Under the pieces are notes generated by a model. The model was not told where the DNA came from, did not search any database, and saw only the letters and a program-made list of their open reading frames with translations. This document shows, in pieces, positions 16,553-24,617 of a stretch of DNA of 28,711 bases. How positions within the stretch are numbered: position 1 is the stretch's first letter; every line of letters starts with the position of its first letter. Origin of the DNA: a virus (Duplodnaviria > Caudoviricetes); IMG/VR virus record IMGVR_UViG_3300010362_000082, positions 1 through 28,711 of that record, one strand, 5' to 3'. Both the position numbers and the translations under genes were made by a program.

Positions 16553-17800
16553 TTAGCTCACTCCCTTGCCCTGTTGATGGTAGGCGCTCCCCGCCATCCC
16601 GCGTGGCGCCGGGTTGTGACCGGCGGCGCTGGCTGAACTCTTGTCCTCGGTGACCGCAGGGACATCCTTGGCTGCGCTGGTCTTCTTGAGCCGGGCCTTG
16701 CCACCCGCGCCGCCACCAGTGGCATTGGTGATGGGCGTCTTCACCACCCCGCCGTCAGCCTTCTTCTCGGAGCGCTCCTCCTCGTTGATCATCTTCTTGA
16801 TCAACTTCCGATCCTGCGCCTCGTCGGAGTGCACGGCGCCACCTTTCTTGTAGCCCTCGTCCTCATCCTCGGCCTTGCCGCCCTTCTTGAAGCCGAGACC
16901 GCCGCCCGGACGTTGCCGCGCACCGCCGGTGAGCGGGACAATCGCCGGACCGCCACGCCCAGGCTGCACAGATCCAGGAGGCGGCGCAGGCTGGAACGAA
17001 CCGGGACGCGCCCGCCGCGTCATCGCCCGGCGGCCGAGACCACCGAATGCTGCCTTGCGAATGGCGCCGCCGTCCTTCTTGGCGGACACGGCGTCGTCCA
17101 CCTCGCTGGTCGGGGAGTGCGGATAGCCCTTGTAGCCATCCGGTGACTGATCCCTGAGGAAGCCACCGTTGGCCTTCTTCACCACACCACCGGCTTTATA
17201 GCCGCCACCCCAGTTGTGGTACTGCGGCGAGGCGAGACCTCCGCCCGCAAGCCCAGGCATCCCCGGGCCTCTCGGCGGCATGGCAGGCGGCATGGCAGGC
17301 GGCATGGCAGGCGGCGCGGCAGCCGGAGGAGCGGCGGCTGGTGCTGCCACAACAGGACGCCGGGCCATCGGCGCCGCGCCAACCGGCACCGGTACGGGAC
17401 GGGCGACCGGCACCGGAACGGGACGGTCCCGCGGCGGACCACCACCGCCACGGTCCGCAATGATCACATTGGTGACGTTCTTGGAACGATGTCCCCGGCG
17501 GCCGCCACGGTTGGGACGATTGCCGCGGGTCGGGCTCGGCCCCACCATGGTCGGGGAGTCGGGCGTGGGCTCGCCCACGATGCGCCCACCATCGGCGTAT
17601 TTCGCGGGCTTGCGATCAGCGCGCTTGCGCGAGGGGCCACCCGAGATCGTCATCGGGGTATCCGACCCGGCGCGCTCGCGTGGATAGGCGTGCTTCTTGT
17701 ACATGGAAGAGCTTCCGAAGCTCTTCCCGGCTTTCGCGCCAAGCGCACTCAGGCGACGACGCTGTGAAGCCTGGGCCTGACCGGCCATCGGGTGTGCCAT
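16553..17800 (-). CDS. Basic, G/P/R/K-rich disordered protein with about 9 xxGGx(V/I/L) motifs (putative internal head protein)
   Basis: YADGGRI, LAGGGLA, YKAGGVV, KANGGFL, KKDGGAI, AAFGGLG, FKKGGKA, YKKGGAV, KADGGVV; AAGGAG RBS after the portal. Confidence 0.85.
   Translation of the reverse strand: MAHPMAGQAQASQRRRLSALGAKAGKSFGSSSMYKKHAYPRERAGSDTPMTISGGPSRKRADRKPAKYADGGRIVGEPTPDSPTMVGPSPTRGNRPNRGGRRGHRSKNVTNVIIADRGGGGPPRDRPVPVPVARPVPVPVGAAPMARRPVVAAPAAAPPAAAPPAMPPAMPPAMPPRGPGMPGLAGGGLASPQYHNWGGGYKAGGVVKKANGGFLRDQSPDGYKGYPHSPTSEVDDAVSAKKDGGAIRKAAFGGLGRRAMTRRARPGSFQPAPPPGSVQPGRGGPAIVPLTGGARQRPGGGLGFKKGGKAEDEDEGYKKGGAVHSDEAQDRKLIKKMINEEERSEKKADGGVVKTPITNATGGGAGGKARLKKTSAAKDVPAVTEDKSSASAAGHNPAPRGMAGSAYHQQGKGVS
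17274..17315 (-). repeat. 12-bp tandem repeat x3.5 encoding (PPAM)n
   Basis: ggcggcatggca at 17274, 17286 and 17298. Confidence 0.9.
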
Positions 17801-17817
17801 CGGACGTCTCCTTCAGG

Positions 17818-20115
17818 TCAGAGAATGCGCCCGGACTGCATGGGCTGAACCATGGCAGGCCAGTTGCGCACGAATTGCTCGGCTACCGGGGTTGCCAGCG
17901 GATGGATGAGCGCGCCTTCGCCCAGGTTCATTTGCTCCTGGGCCATCTTGGAAGCCTCGATCCTTTCGCGAGAACCGCGCTCCTCGCGATTGTTCTGGAG
18001 CTTCATGTACTCTTTGAGCACGCCCAGCTTCTCGGACAGGATATCCAGTTGCGCCTGGAGTTGGGCATCCGCTGTGTTCTGGCGCAATTCCGCGAACTTG
18101 AACTGGATCTCGGCCATGTCCTTCATGACCTTCGGGTCCGGCGGCGGCTGATCGGCGCCCGGCTGCTTGAATAGCTCGTCCACGCTGCCCATGCCGACCA
18201 TGGTGGCGACCTTGCGGATCACCGCCTTGATGTCCCACTCCTCCGGCTTGAGCGAGACCAGTTGCACCAAGGCCACCGCTTTCATCACACGTATCGTGTG
18301 AGAGGGCGTGTTGGGATCGGCCTGCGGGGTGATGTTGCACTCTTCGAGCGCGCGCACGAGGTCGGCGCGCTGCCACTGGCGGGCAGGCGAGGGGTTGTTG
18401 CAGATCAGCGAATCCGGGTCTTCCTTGAACAGATCACGAAGAAGGCTGAACTCCTCGGACTGTGCGATGTGCATCCCCTTGTGGACACTATCGAGGACCT
18501 TCACCGCTTGGTCGAGCATTGCCAGCGTCGTGCCGACCGGCACGTCCTGGCGGCCCTCACCGACCATCAACTCGGGCGTCCCGCCAACTCTCCTGGCCTC
18601 CTCCTCAATATGCGTGGTGACTTGAACCAATCCGGCCGTCACATCTTTGTAGGGGAGTGCCATGACGTTCTGGCCGATGGGCTGGCCGCCGGTGTTGATC
18701 TTGACGCCAGCGCCCAGCCCCACACGAAACGTCATGGTGTCCTGGCGGCCGACTGTTTCGCTGTAGAGGAAGCCCGGCCAGGATGAGAACGCCGCGCTAT
18801 CGAGCGCCAGCCGCCACGCAGTGGTGATGGCGGCAGTGGCGTTGCCCATGATGTGGAGCAACCCGATGCCGTAGAAGCCTATGCCCTCCACAAAGGGATA
18901 CTTCACGATGGGCATGCGCTTGATGAAACGGTCGTCGTCTTCCTTCCAGTTCCGGCGCACCTCCAGGACGGTCTGAGAGTCCTTGTCGATGGTCACACGA
19001 TAGGGCAGGGGCAACCCGGTGATCTTGCCGTTCTCTTTGTGCTCGAAGCCCGCGACGTCCAGTTCGCAGTAGCACTCATAGATCGTGTGCTTGTAATCCT
19101 CGGGGCGCTGGCTCCAGAAGGTGCCAAGGCCCGCCACGTCACGCTCTGCGCGCTCAACCGGGTCTGGGTCAGGGGGCGAAGGCGGGAGAATGTCTTCATC
19201 GATGTACGTTCCGGCAAGCTGCATCCGCCGCAGCACGCTTTGTCTCATCATGATACGATGCGTGACGCGCCCGCATTCCTGGAGCGAGACCTCGTCGTCA
19301 CTCACGATGATATCGTTGGCGTCGACTGTGCGGGATACCGGACGGCGCCGGATGGGGTCACGGTAGACCTTCTTGAAGCCGCAGCCGCCGTAGCCCTGCA
19401 TGAAGAACATGCGGTTCGTGTCCGGGTAGTATTCCCGGTCCACGACGGTCAGATACTTGTTGAAATCGATCTCCAGCGCCTCCGCGAGGATGTCGCTGTC
19501 GTCTTTCGCCCCGGCCTGGGCGAGCAACAGTTGGTGCACGGGGGTCTTGGGCTTCACCCAGTTCTGCATCTTCACCGGGCCAGCCGCAGGGAGAAGCTCA
19601 CCCCTCGCATTCGCCTGGAAGCGCATGACCGCGTCCAGCATGATCGGAGAACGGATCGTGGCCTGCCCCTCCACGGCAGTGTCGGCGTCGGCCGAAGGAG
19701 ACCTTGGATTCTCGACTTTCAGCGCGAGATGCTTGATTCCGGCGGCGCGTCTATCGATCCACTCTTGTCTCGACTGGAGATCCGCGTCGATGCCGTTCAG
19801 AAGCTCATCGCAGATGCGCGATAGCTCGTTCTCATCGATGTACTCGGCCAAGTTCGCGTCATGCTGCTTGGCGCCCGCCGGATCGGTCTTCCGGAGCGAT
19901 TTACCATCCAGACGGATGATCAGTGAGCCGTCTTCTTGCTCGACGCCGACTTGCTCGACGCCTTCTTCTGCGTTCTCGTGAATGACAACGAGGAGCGGCT
20001 CTTTGTCCTCGTCTGGAGGGCCAAGCCCGGCAAATCCCTGAAAGACGTCATCCGGGCTGCGATAATGCTCGGTTGGAGCAATCCCACCGTTCGCGCCGTT
20101 GACGCCGTTCGCCAT
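17818..20115 (-). CDS. Portal protein
   Basis: 765 aa downstream of TerL; FQANARGELLPAAGPVK, GFKKVY, LPYRVTID, FYGIGLLH, DVPVGTT and PQADPN motifs, plus a C-terminal coiled-coil barrel. Confidence 0.9.
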   Translation of the reverse strand: MANGVNGANGGIAPTEHYRSPDDVFQGFAGLGPPDEDKEPLLVVIHENAEEGVEQVGVEQEDGSLIIRLDGKSLRKTDPAGAKQHDANLAEYIDENELSRICDELLNGIDADLQSRQEWIDRRAAGIKHLALKVENPRSPSADADTAVEGQATIRSPIMLDAVMRFQANARGELLPAAGPVKMQNWVKPKTPVHQLLLAQAGAKDDSDILAEALEIDFNKYLTVVDREYYPDTNRMFFMQGYGGCGFKKVYRDPIRRRPVSRTVDANDIIVSDDEVSLQECGRVTHRIMMRQSVLRRMQLAGTYIDEDILPPSPPDPDPVERAERDVAGLGTFWSQRPEDYKHTIYECYCELDVAGFEHKENGKITGLPLPYRVTIDKDSQTVLEVRRNWKEDDDRFIKRMPIVKYPFVEGIGFYGIGLLHIMGNATAAITTAWRLALDSAAFSSWPGFLYSETVGRQDTMTFRVGLGAGVKINTGGQPIGQNVMALPYKDVTAGLVQVTTHIEEEARRVGGTPELMVGEGRQDVPVGTTLAMLDQAVKVLDSVHKGMHIAQSEEFSLLRDLFKEDPDSLICNNPSPARQWQRADLVRALEECNITPQADPNTPSHTIRVMKAVALVQLVSLKPEEWDIKAVIRKVATMVGMGSVDELFKQPGADQPPPDPKVMKDMAEIQFKFAELRQNTADAQLQAQLDILSEKLGVLKEYMKLQNNREERGSRERIEASKMAQEQMNLGEGALIHPLATPVAEQFVRNWPAMVQPMQSGRIL

Positions 20116-20118
20116 GGG

Positions 20119-20145
20119 TAGTGGCCCCTAGAATCGGAGCCACTA
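20119..20145 (-). promoter_or_regulatory. Hairpin sequestering the portal RBS
   Basis: Minus strand reads TAGTGGCTCC-gattcta-GGGGCCACTA-cccATG: a 10-bp stem (one G-U pair) whose 3' arm holds most of the AGGGG element. Confidence 0.55.
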
Positions 20146-20263
20146 TAGGAGCGAATTGGTTACATGTGAACCTAAAGCGGGCGGCCAGGGGAAGTGCTGG
20201 TGGGTACACGCCCCTGACCTGTGCGACGGCTAAGCCTCCCACCGACCATTCGCCGTCGCCGTC

Positions 20264-20560
20264 CTAAAGCGGCACGGACCCCAGATCGCCGGGCACCGGA
20301 TGGTCTGCGGGATACTCCGGGCGAACAGGCGGCTTGTCGGCGGTGGCAGCCTTCGTCGCCCACATCGCGGCTTCCTCGTAGGCCGTCATCGCTAGCGACC
20401 ACAGCCGGTTGATCTCGCCTGGATCGCCCGGCTTCTGGGTACGGCGCGCATGCTCGCAAGCATCGATCAGTTGCGCCGTCTGCTGCTTGATCATGTCGAC
20501 CAACCCCACCTTCGAGGGGTTGAACTCCACCCGTACCCGCTTCTCACCCAGCGTGCTCAT
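20264..20560 (-). CDS. Acb2/Tad1-like helical hairpin protein (candidate immune-signal sponge)
   Basis: ATG at 20560; RVRVEFNPS...IKQQTAQLID...RLWSLAMTAYEEAAMWATKA resembles the SLA-x-T-x-LEEA-x-MW signature. Confidence 0.55.
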   Translation of the reverse strand: MSTLGEKRVRVEFNPSKVGLVDMIKQQTAQLIDACEHARRTQKPGDPGEINRLWSLAMTAYEEAAMWATKAATADKPPVRPEYPADHPVPGDLGSVPL

Positions 20561-20867
20561 GTTCCACCACCTGGGGCTGATGCTCGATCTGGAGGAGCGG
20601 CGAGGGAAGAGCCAGCGCCGCCTCTCGGCATTCCAGCGCGCGCTGGAGCGCCGCGCCGAAGGTGTGCGGCTTTGTTTCCGCGATCTCGTGATAGTCGGGC
20701 ACCTCGGAGTACCCATAAAGGTCGGCCGCGGTCCCTTCTTCGGTAACGTAGCGCCCCATCAGGCAGAACACCGGGTCGGACCAGACGTAGCCCTGGCTCG
20801 GATCCTGCTTGCGTAACCACGCGATGAGCTTGTCGCGAGAAAAGAGTTCGTTGGGCTTCTCTGACAT
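20544..20867 (-). CDS. Hypothetical protein (107 aa)
   Basis: ATG at 20867 with AAGGGG upstream; LIAWLRKQDP..Y.W....CLMGRY...TFGAALQRA. Confidence 0.75.
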   Translation of the reverse strand: MSEKPNELFSRDKLIAWLRKQDPSQGYVWSDPVFCLMGRYVTEEGTAADLYGYSEVPDYHEIAETKPHTFGAALQRALECREAALALPSPLLQIEHQPQVVEHEHAG

Positions 20868-20869
20868 GT

Positions 20870-21181
20870 TCAGCGTCCCCTTTCGTTGGGTTTGGGTAGC
20901 CGCGGCGCAGGCATCCAGTAATCCGGCGGTTTGTGCGGCTGTCCGGTGTTGGTGCGCCATTCGCCGGGCGATATCTGCGACATCAGGACCAGTTCGACGC
21001 CGCCACAAGCACAAATAAGCATCTCGTTGACCGGAGGAAGGACCCTTCCGGCGTGCCGCCAGCCCTCCATGGCATACGCCACGATATGGCGCTCGATCTC
21101 ATGGATCTGCGCAAGCTGCACTTGGTCATAGGCCCGCTCCGCCCAGTGCCGCAGGAAGTCCTCATCGGAGTCATCGCTCAT
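20870..21181 (-). CDS. Hypothetical protein (103 aa) with a W...PP...PDYWMP.P.LP tail (DUF551-like)
   Basis: GGGAG RBS after TerL; C-terminal YWMPAPRLP motif. Confidence 0.7.
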   Translation of the reverse strand: MSDDSDEDFLRHWAERAYDQVQLAQIHEIERHIVAYAMEGWRHAGRVLPPVNEMLICACGGVELVLMSQISPGEWRTNTGQPHKPPDYWMPAPRLPKPNERGR

Positions 21182-21206
21182 GGACTTGCTCCCACCTTAG
21201 CCAGCC

Positions 21207-22871
21207 CTAGCCGCCGATGGCTGGATACAACGGCACCGGCGCGCGCACGTACTTGTTCTCGTCATAGGTATCCACCTCGTCCTCGTCCGGGAGGGTGATC
21301 AATCCCAGCTTCCGAAGGTGGATCAGCGCCTGGGTCATGGCATCCGCGAGATCGTCATGTTGTCCTTTCGGTATCTCGGCAAGCTGGGTGATAGTCTTCT
21401 CCGCCCACTCCTTGTAGAGGAAGTCGCCTCCGCCGGTGCTCTCGGCAGGCGCGAGGATCAGCCCGCTCTCGAAGATGTTCTGCACCGCATAAGCCCTCGC
21501 GAGCTTGTCACCCTCCGGGGCCATCAACTGGACCCCGAAGTCGGCGCGGTCCTGGGTCTTGGGATTATGCGAAAGGAGTTCCGAGATAGTTCGCCCTCTT
21601 CGGCGTAGCTCCTGCGCGACAGGATGCCCGGAGGCTTTATCCTCGACCAACACCCTGTTCACCTTGAACTTCTTGCAAGTCTCCTCGATCTTGCGAATGA
21701 GATCGTAGAGTTCCATGCGCTCGGTCCAGGCCCACATCAGGACCACTCTGCGATTGCCCCAGACGTCCTTGCACGAGCCCACCACCACCCCCGCGGAGGG
21801 GTCGTTCTGCTTCTTCTCGGTCTGCGCAGTATCGATAGAGAGCACCGTGTAGGACATCACCGGGAGGAGCGGCCAAGGTACCCCGAACTTCCCACAAGTG
21901 TCGGACGTGTAAGGCCGCCAGTGCTCGCGCTTGATGATTCCACCACTTCGAGGAGCGGGCCTCTGCTGGTACTGCCCCGCGTACGCGAAGGAACCTTTCT
22001 CTTGCTCGATCTTGGCAACAGCTTCGGGTGAGAATCTCTCAGGCCACGCCAGATCGCCTTCCTCTGTGCGGGGGTCCACCCACCCAAGCGGATTGTAGGG
22101 CTCTCGCCCGGCCTCAAATTCCATCGGCACCATAAGATGGCAGTACGGCCACCCCGCTTCGAGAATGAAGCCGGAGATATCAGCCTGATGAACCCTCTGC
22201 ATGATGATGATGATCGCTGAATCGTCCAGGTTATTGAGGCGGTCGGTGATAGTTTCACGAAACCATCGAACAGTGTCGGTTCGGACGACATCCGACTCAG
22301 ACTTGTGAACGTCATGAGGATCGTCGATAACCACCCGGTCACCACGTTCGCCGGTGCCGATGCCTTTGACCGACGACGCGAACTTCGAGCCGGTCTGATT
22401 GTTGGTGATCTTGATCTCGCCTTCCTTCTCCAAGACGAACTTGTCCCCCCAGAGCGCGGTATACTTGTCATGCGTCACCAGCTTGCGAAACTTGGTGTTG
22501 TCCCTCTCCGTTAGGCCCGAAGAATACGAGAAAGACACGTATCGCAGATGCGGCATGCCCATCGGCCCCCATTCCCAGGCGGGCCAGAACACGTTCACCA
22601 TCAAGCTCTTCATGCTGCCGGGAGGGACATTGATCAGCAATCGGGTGATCTTCCCGAACGTGATCGCCTCCAGGTGATTGCAGATATCGTAGAGTAGCCA
22701 TCCTTCCACCAGCTTGGTTTCGGGTTCGAGCACATTCCAGAAATAGCGGACGAACGCGATCAATCCGCCCGCCTTGGACTGATTCTTGCGCTCTTGGCGC
22801 AGCGCAAACTCGTCCCGCATCGCCCTGAGGGCGAGGTCGAGGCTCTCAGGCGGCAGCGCTTCGAGATCCAT
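21207..22871 (-). CDS. terL: Terminase large subunit
   Basis: Walker A region LLINVPPGSMKS, Walker B VVIDDPH, IIMQR, YQQRP; RNase H-like nuclease SIDTA, VEDKASG, HDDLADA. Confidence 0.96.
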   Translation of the reverse strand: MDLEALPPESLDLALRAMRDEFALRQERKNQSKAGGLIAFVRYFWNVLEPETKLVEGWLLYDICNHLEAITFGKITRLLINVPPGSMKSLMVNVFWPAWEWGPMGMPHLRYVSFSYSSGLTERDNTKFRKLVTHDKYTALWGDKFVLEKEGEIKITNNQTGSKFASSVKGIGTGERGDRVVIDDPHDVHKSESDVVRTDTVRWFRETITDRLNNLDDSAIIIIMQRVHQADISGFILEAGWPYCHLMVPMEFEAGREPYNPLGWVDPRTEEGDLAWPERFSPEAVAKIEQEKGSFAYAGQYQQRPAPRSGGIIKREHWRPYTSDTCGKFGVPWPLLPVMSYTVLSIDTAQTEKKQNDPSAGVVVGSCKDVWGNRRVVLMWAWTERMELYDLIRKIEETCKKFKVNRVLVEDKASGHPVAQELRRRGRTISELLSHNPKTQDRADFGVQLMAPEGDKLARAYAVQNIFESGLILAPAESTGGGDFLYKEWAEKTITQLAEIPKGQHDDLADAMTQALIHLRKLGLITLPDEDEVDTYDENKYVRAPVPLYPAIGG

Positions 22872-22884
22872 ACGCTCTTTACGA

Positions 22885-22913
22885 GCTAGTCGCGGGCTAG
22901 TCGCGGGCTAGTC
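22885..22913. repeat. 11-bp tandem repeat x2.6 (gctagtcgcgg) spanning a stop codon upstream of terL
   Basis: Copies at 22885 and 22896, partial copy at 22907. Confidence 0.9.
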
Positions 22914-23111
22914 TGCCGATTCGTAGTTCTTCGCCGCGTATTCTGCGCTCAACAGCCACTGATCGCCAGGATTATCGGGGTCACGCGCGATGAAGTCGCC
23001 CGGCTTGGGCGTATACTCCGGTTGCACGCTCACCTTGGTGAGGTCCTCCTCCTCGATATAAGGCCGAACCTCGATCACGCCCGATTTACGCATGCGTTTC
23101 CAGTTGCTCAC
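22908..23111 (-). CDS. Small conserved phage protein (about 67 aa; start uncertain)
   Basis: GTG at 23111 preceded by GGAG; RPYIEEEDLTKVSV...PKPGDFIARDPDNPGDQWL...YAAKNY. Confidence 0.7.
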   Translation of the reverse strand: MSNWKRMRKSGVIEVRPYIEEEDLTKVSVQPEYTPKPGDFIARDPDNPGDQWLLSAEYAAKNYESAD

Positions 23112-23148
23112 GTCCAGCTCCATCTGTCCTGGGAGTTGCAGTCGCACG

Positions 23149-23388
23149 TCATCGTCTCTTGTAGGCCCCGTGGGCGCGCGTTTGCGCTTGTTGTAGCTGC
23201 GGCCGCGGCCCACCCGGCGGAGATGCTCGGTCATTGACGTCACTCAAGAGCGTCATGCGCGCCCAGGACGAGAGCGAGAGCCCCAGGTCCTCGGCGCGCT
23301 GATGGAATAGTTCCTTCTCGCCTTCCGTCAGACGAATCATCATCCCGATGGTGCGGCGAGACGAATATCCACAGGCTTCTTTCGGCAT
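23149..23388 (-). CDS. Ribbon-helix-helix (Arc/CopG/MobC-like) DNA-binding protein
   Basis: MMIRLTEGEKELFHQRAEDLGLSLSSWARMTLL follows the beta-alpha-alpha RHH pattern. Confidence 0.8.
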   Translation of the reverse strand: MPKEACGYSSRRTIGMMIRLTEGEKELFHQRAEDLGLSLSSWARMTLLSDVNDRASPPGGPRPQLQQAQTRAHGAYKRR

Positions 23389-23427
23389 GTTGCGAGACTA
23401 TGCGAAATGATATACAAACGCAACATG
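23386..23427. promoter_or_regulatory. Overlapping divergent sigma70-type promoters for leaderless mRNAs
   Basis: Minus: TTGCGT-N17-TAGTCT-N6-ATG. Plus: TTGCGA-N17-TACAAA-N6-ATG. Flanked by the 9-bp inverted repeat CATGTTGCG/CGCAACATG. Confidence 0.7.
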
Positions 23428-23775
23428 GACAAGAGCCGCGACTACGAAGCCGAAATCGAGGCTCTCAAGACACAGGTCGAGACCCTCACCAAGCAGCGCA
23501 ACATGCTCGCCTTCAACTCCGGGCGCGAACTCGGCTTGCGCGACGCCGAATTGAAGAGCGTGCGCGCCGATGCCGCGCTGGTCGTGCATGCGCTGCACTG
23601 TGCGACGCAATTGACCGATGCGCTGATCGCGTTTCTCCCGGAGGGCTCGCCCATTTCGAGCGGAGTTGCCACCTGCAAGGAGAACCTCGACGCCGCCATG
23701 CGGCAGATATTCCGCCAGCCGCCGTCACCGCGGTTCGATGTGCTCTCGACCTTCCGCAAGAAGCTGGATAGCTGA
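23425..23775 (+). CDS. Coiled-coil hypothetical protein (paralogue of 24015-24353)
   Basis: MDKSRDYEAEIEALK...; start chosen from the promoter symmetry. Confidence 0.8.
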   Translation: MDKSRDYEAEIEALKTQVETLTKQRNMLAFNSGRELGLRDAELKSVRADAALVVHALHCATQLTDALIAFLPEGSPISSGVATCKENLDAAMRQIFRQPPSPRFDVLSTFRKKLDS

Positions 23776-23788
23776 CAGGATAGCCGAG

Positions 23789-24037
23789 ATGGCGGACATC
23801 GAGAACTTCCAGGAGTGGTTCGACAAGAGGAACCGCTCGGAGAAGGAAGAGGAAGCCAAGCAGGGCTTCACGATGCACCTCAATCAAGCCATGGCTGGCT
23901 TCGACGGGGTGGTGGCGCAACTGATCCTGCTGAGATGCCCACGCGAGATCGTGCTGGAGATGGTGAACGCCTGCTACAGCTACTGGGTCAGACGAACGAA
24001 CCTGGAAGAAGAAGATGGACCAGATCACGCAAGCTGA
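23789..24037 (+). CDS. Hypothetical protein (82 aa)
   Basis: AGGA upstream of ATG at 23789; MADIENFQEWFDK... Confidence 0.75.
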   Translation: MADIENFQEWFDKRNRSEKEEEAKQGFTMHLNQAMAGFDGVVAQLILLRCPREIVLEMVNACYSYWVRRTNLEEEDGPDHAS

Positions 24038-24353
24038 GTGCCCACACAGCATCTTCGACAAGCAGGTCGCGCTTGCTGACGGGGCGTGCCCCCTGTGCGT
24101 GCTGGCGGCGGCACGCGAGTACGCAAACTCGTACAAGATGGCGCGCGTAGCGCTCAAGACGCTGGAGGAGCAGCGCTCCAAGCTCACCAACGCGCTCAAC
24201 ACCGCGATGGCGCTGACGGACGCGCTGATAACAGAGCTACACGCCGTTGTCGGACCCAGCCCGCCGCATCAGGTCATCCAGATCACCGTCGCCAAGCGCA
24301 ACTTCGACGCGGCGATAAAGCAATTGCTCGATCCGCTCGGCACACTCACATGA
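24015..24353 (+). CDS. Hypothetical protein with CPH...CPLC and a helical domain paralogous to 23425-23775
   Basis: ECPHS...ACPLC; ALNTAMALTDALI...KRNFDAAIKQL. Confidence 0.8.
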   Translation: MDQITQAECPHSIFDKQVALADGACPLCVLAAAREYANSYKMARVALKTLEEQRSKLTNALNTAMALTDALITELHAVVGPSPPHQVIQITVAKRNFDAAIKQLLDPLGTLT

Positions 24354-24382
24354 TTGCACTCACATGATTGCACTCACATGAT
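24343..24382 (+). repeat. 14-bp tandem repeat x2.9 (cactcacatgattg), each copy containing ATGA
   Basis: Copies at 24343, 24357 and 24371. Confidence 0.95.
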
Positions 24383-24617
24383 CAAAGCCACAATGTCCAC
24401 GCCGGACGGCAGACAAATTCTGCTGATCGGGCTCTCACACGCAAACCTCGATAGACTGAAAGCCGATGGTCTCAACGGTTACATCAGGATCAAGGACATC
24501 GGCCTGCCGTTCGATGTGATCATCACATGTGGCAAGACGGAGCAGGACATTGTCAATGAGTTCAAGCAATTTATCGGACCGGAAACCAAGGTCCATGACA
24601 GCAGGCACAGCAGATAA
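24378..24617 (+). CDS. Hypothetical protein (79 aa)
   Basis: MIKATMSTPDGRQILLIGLSHANLDRLK... Confidence 0.75.
   Translation: MIKATMSTPDGRQILLIGLSHANLDRLKADGLNGYIRIKDIGLPFDVIITCGKTEQDIVNEFKQFIGPETKVHDSRHSR

Noticed and set aside
20048-20459. ORFs 20048-20242 and 20172-20459
   Set aside because: They overlap better-supported genes out of frame and have no convincing RBS or motif.
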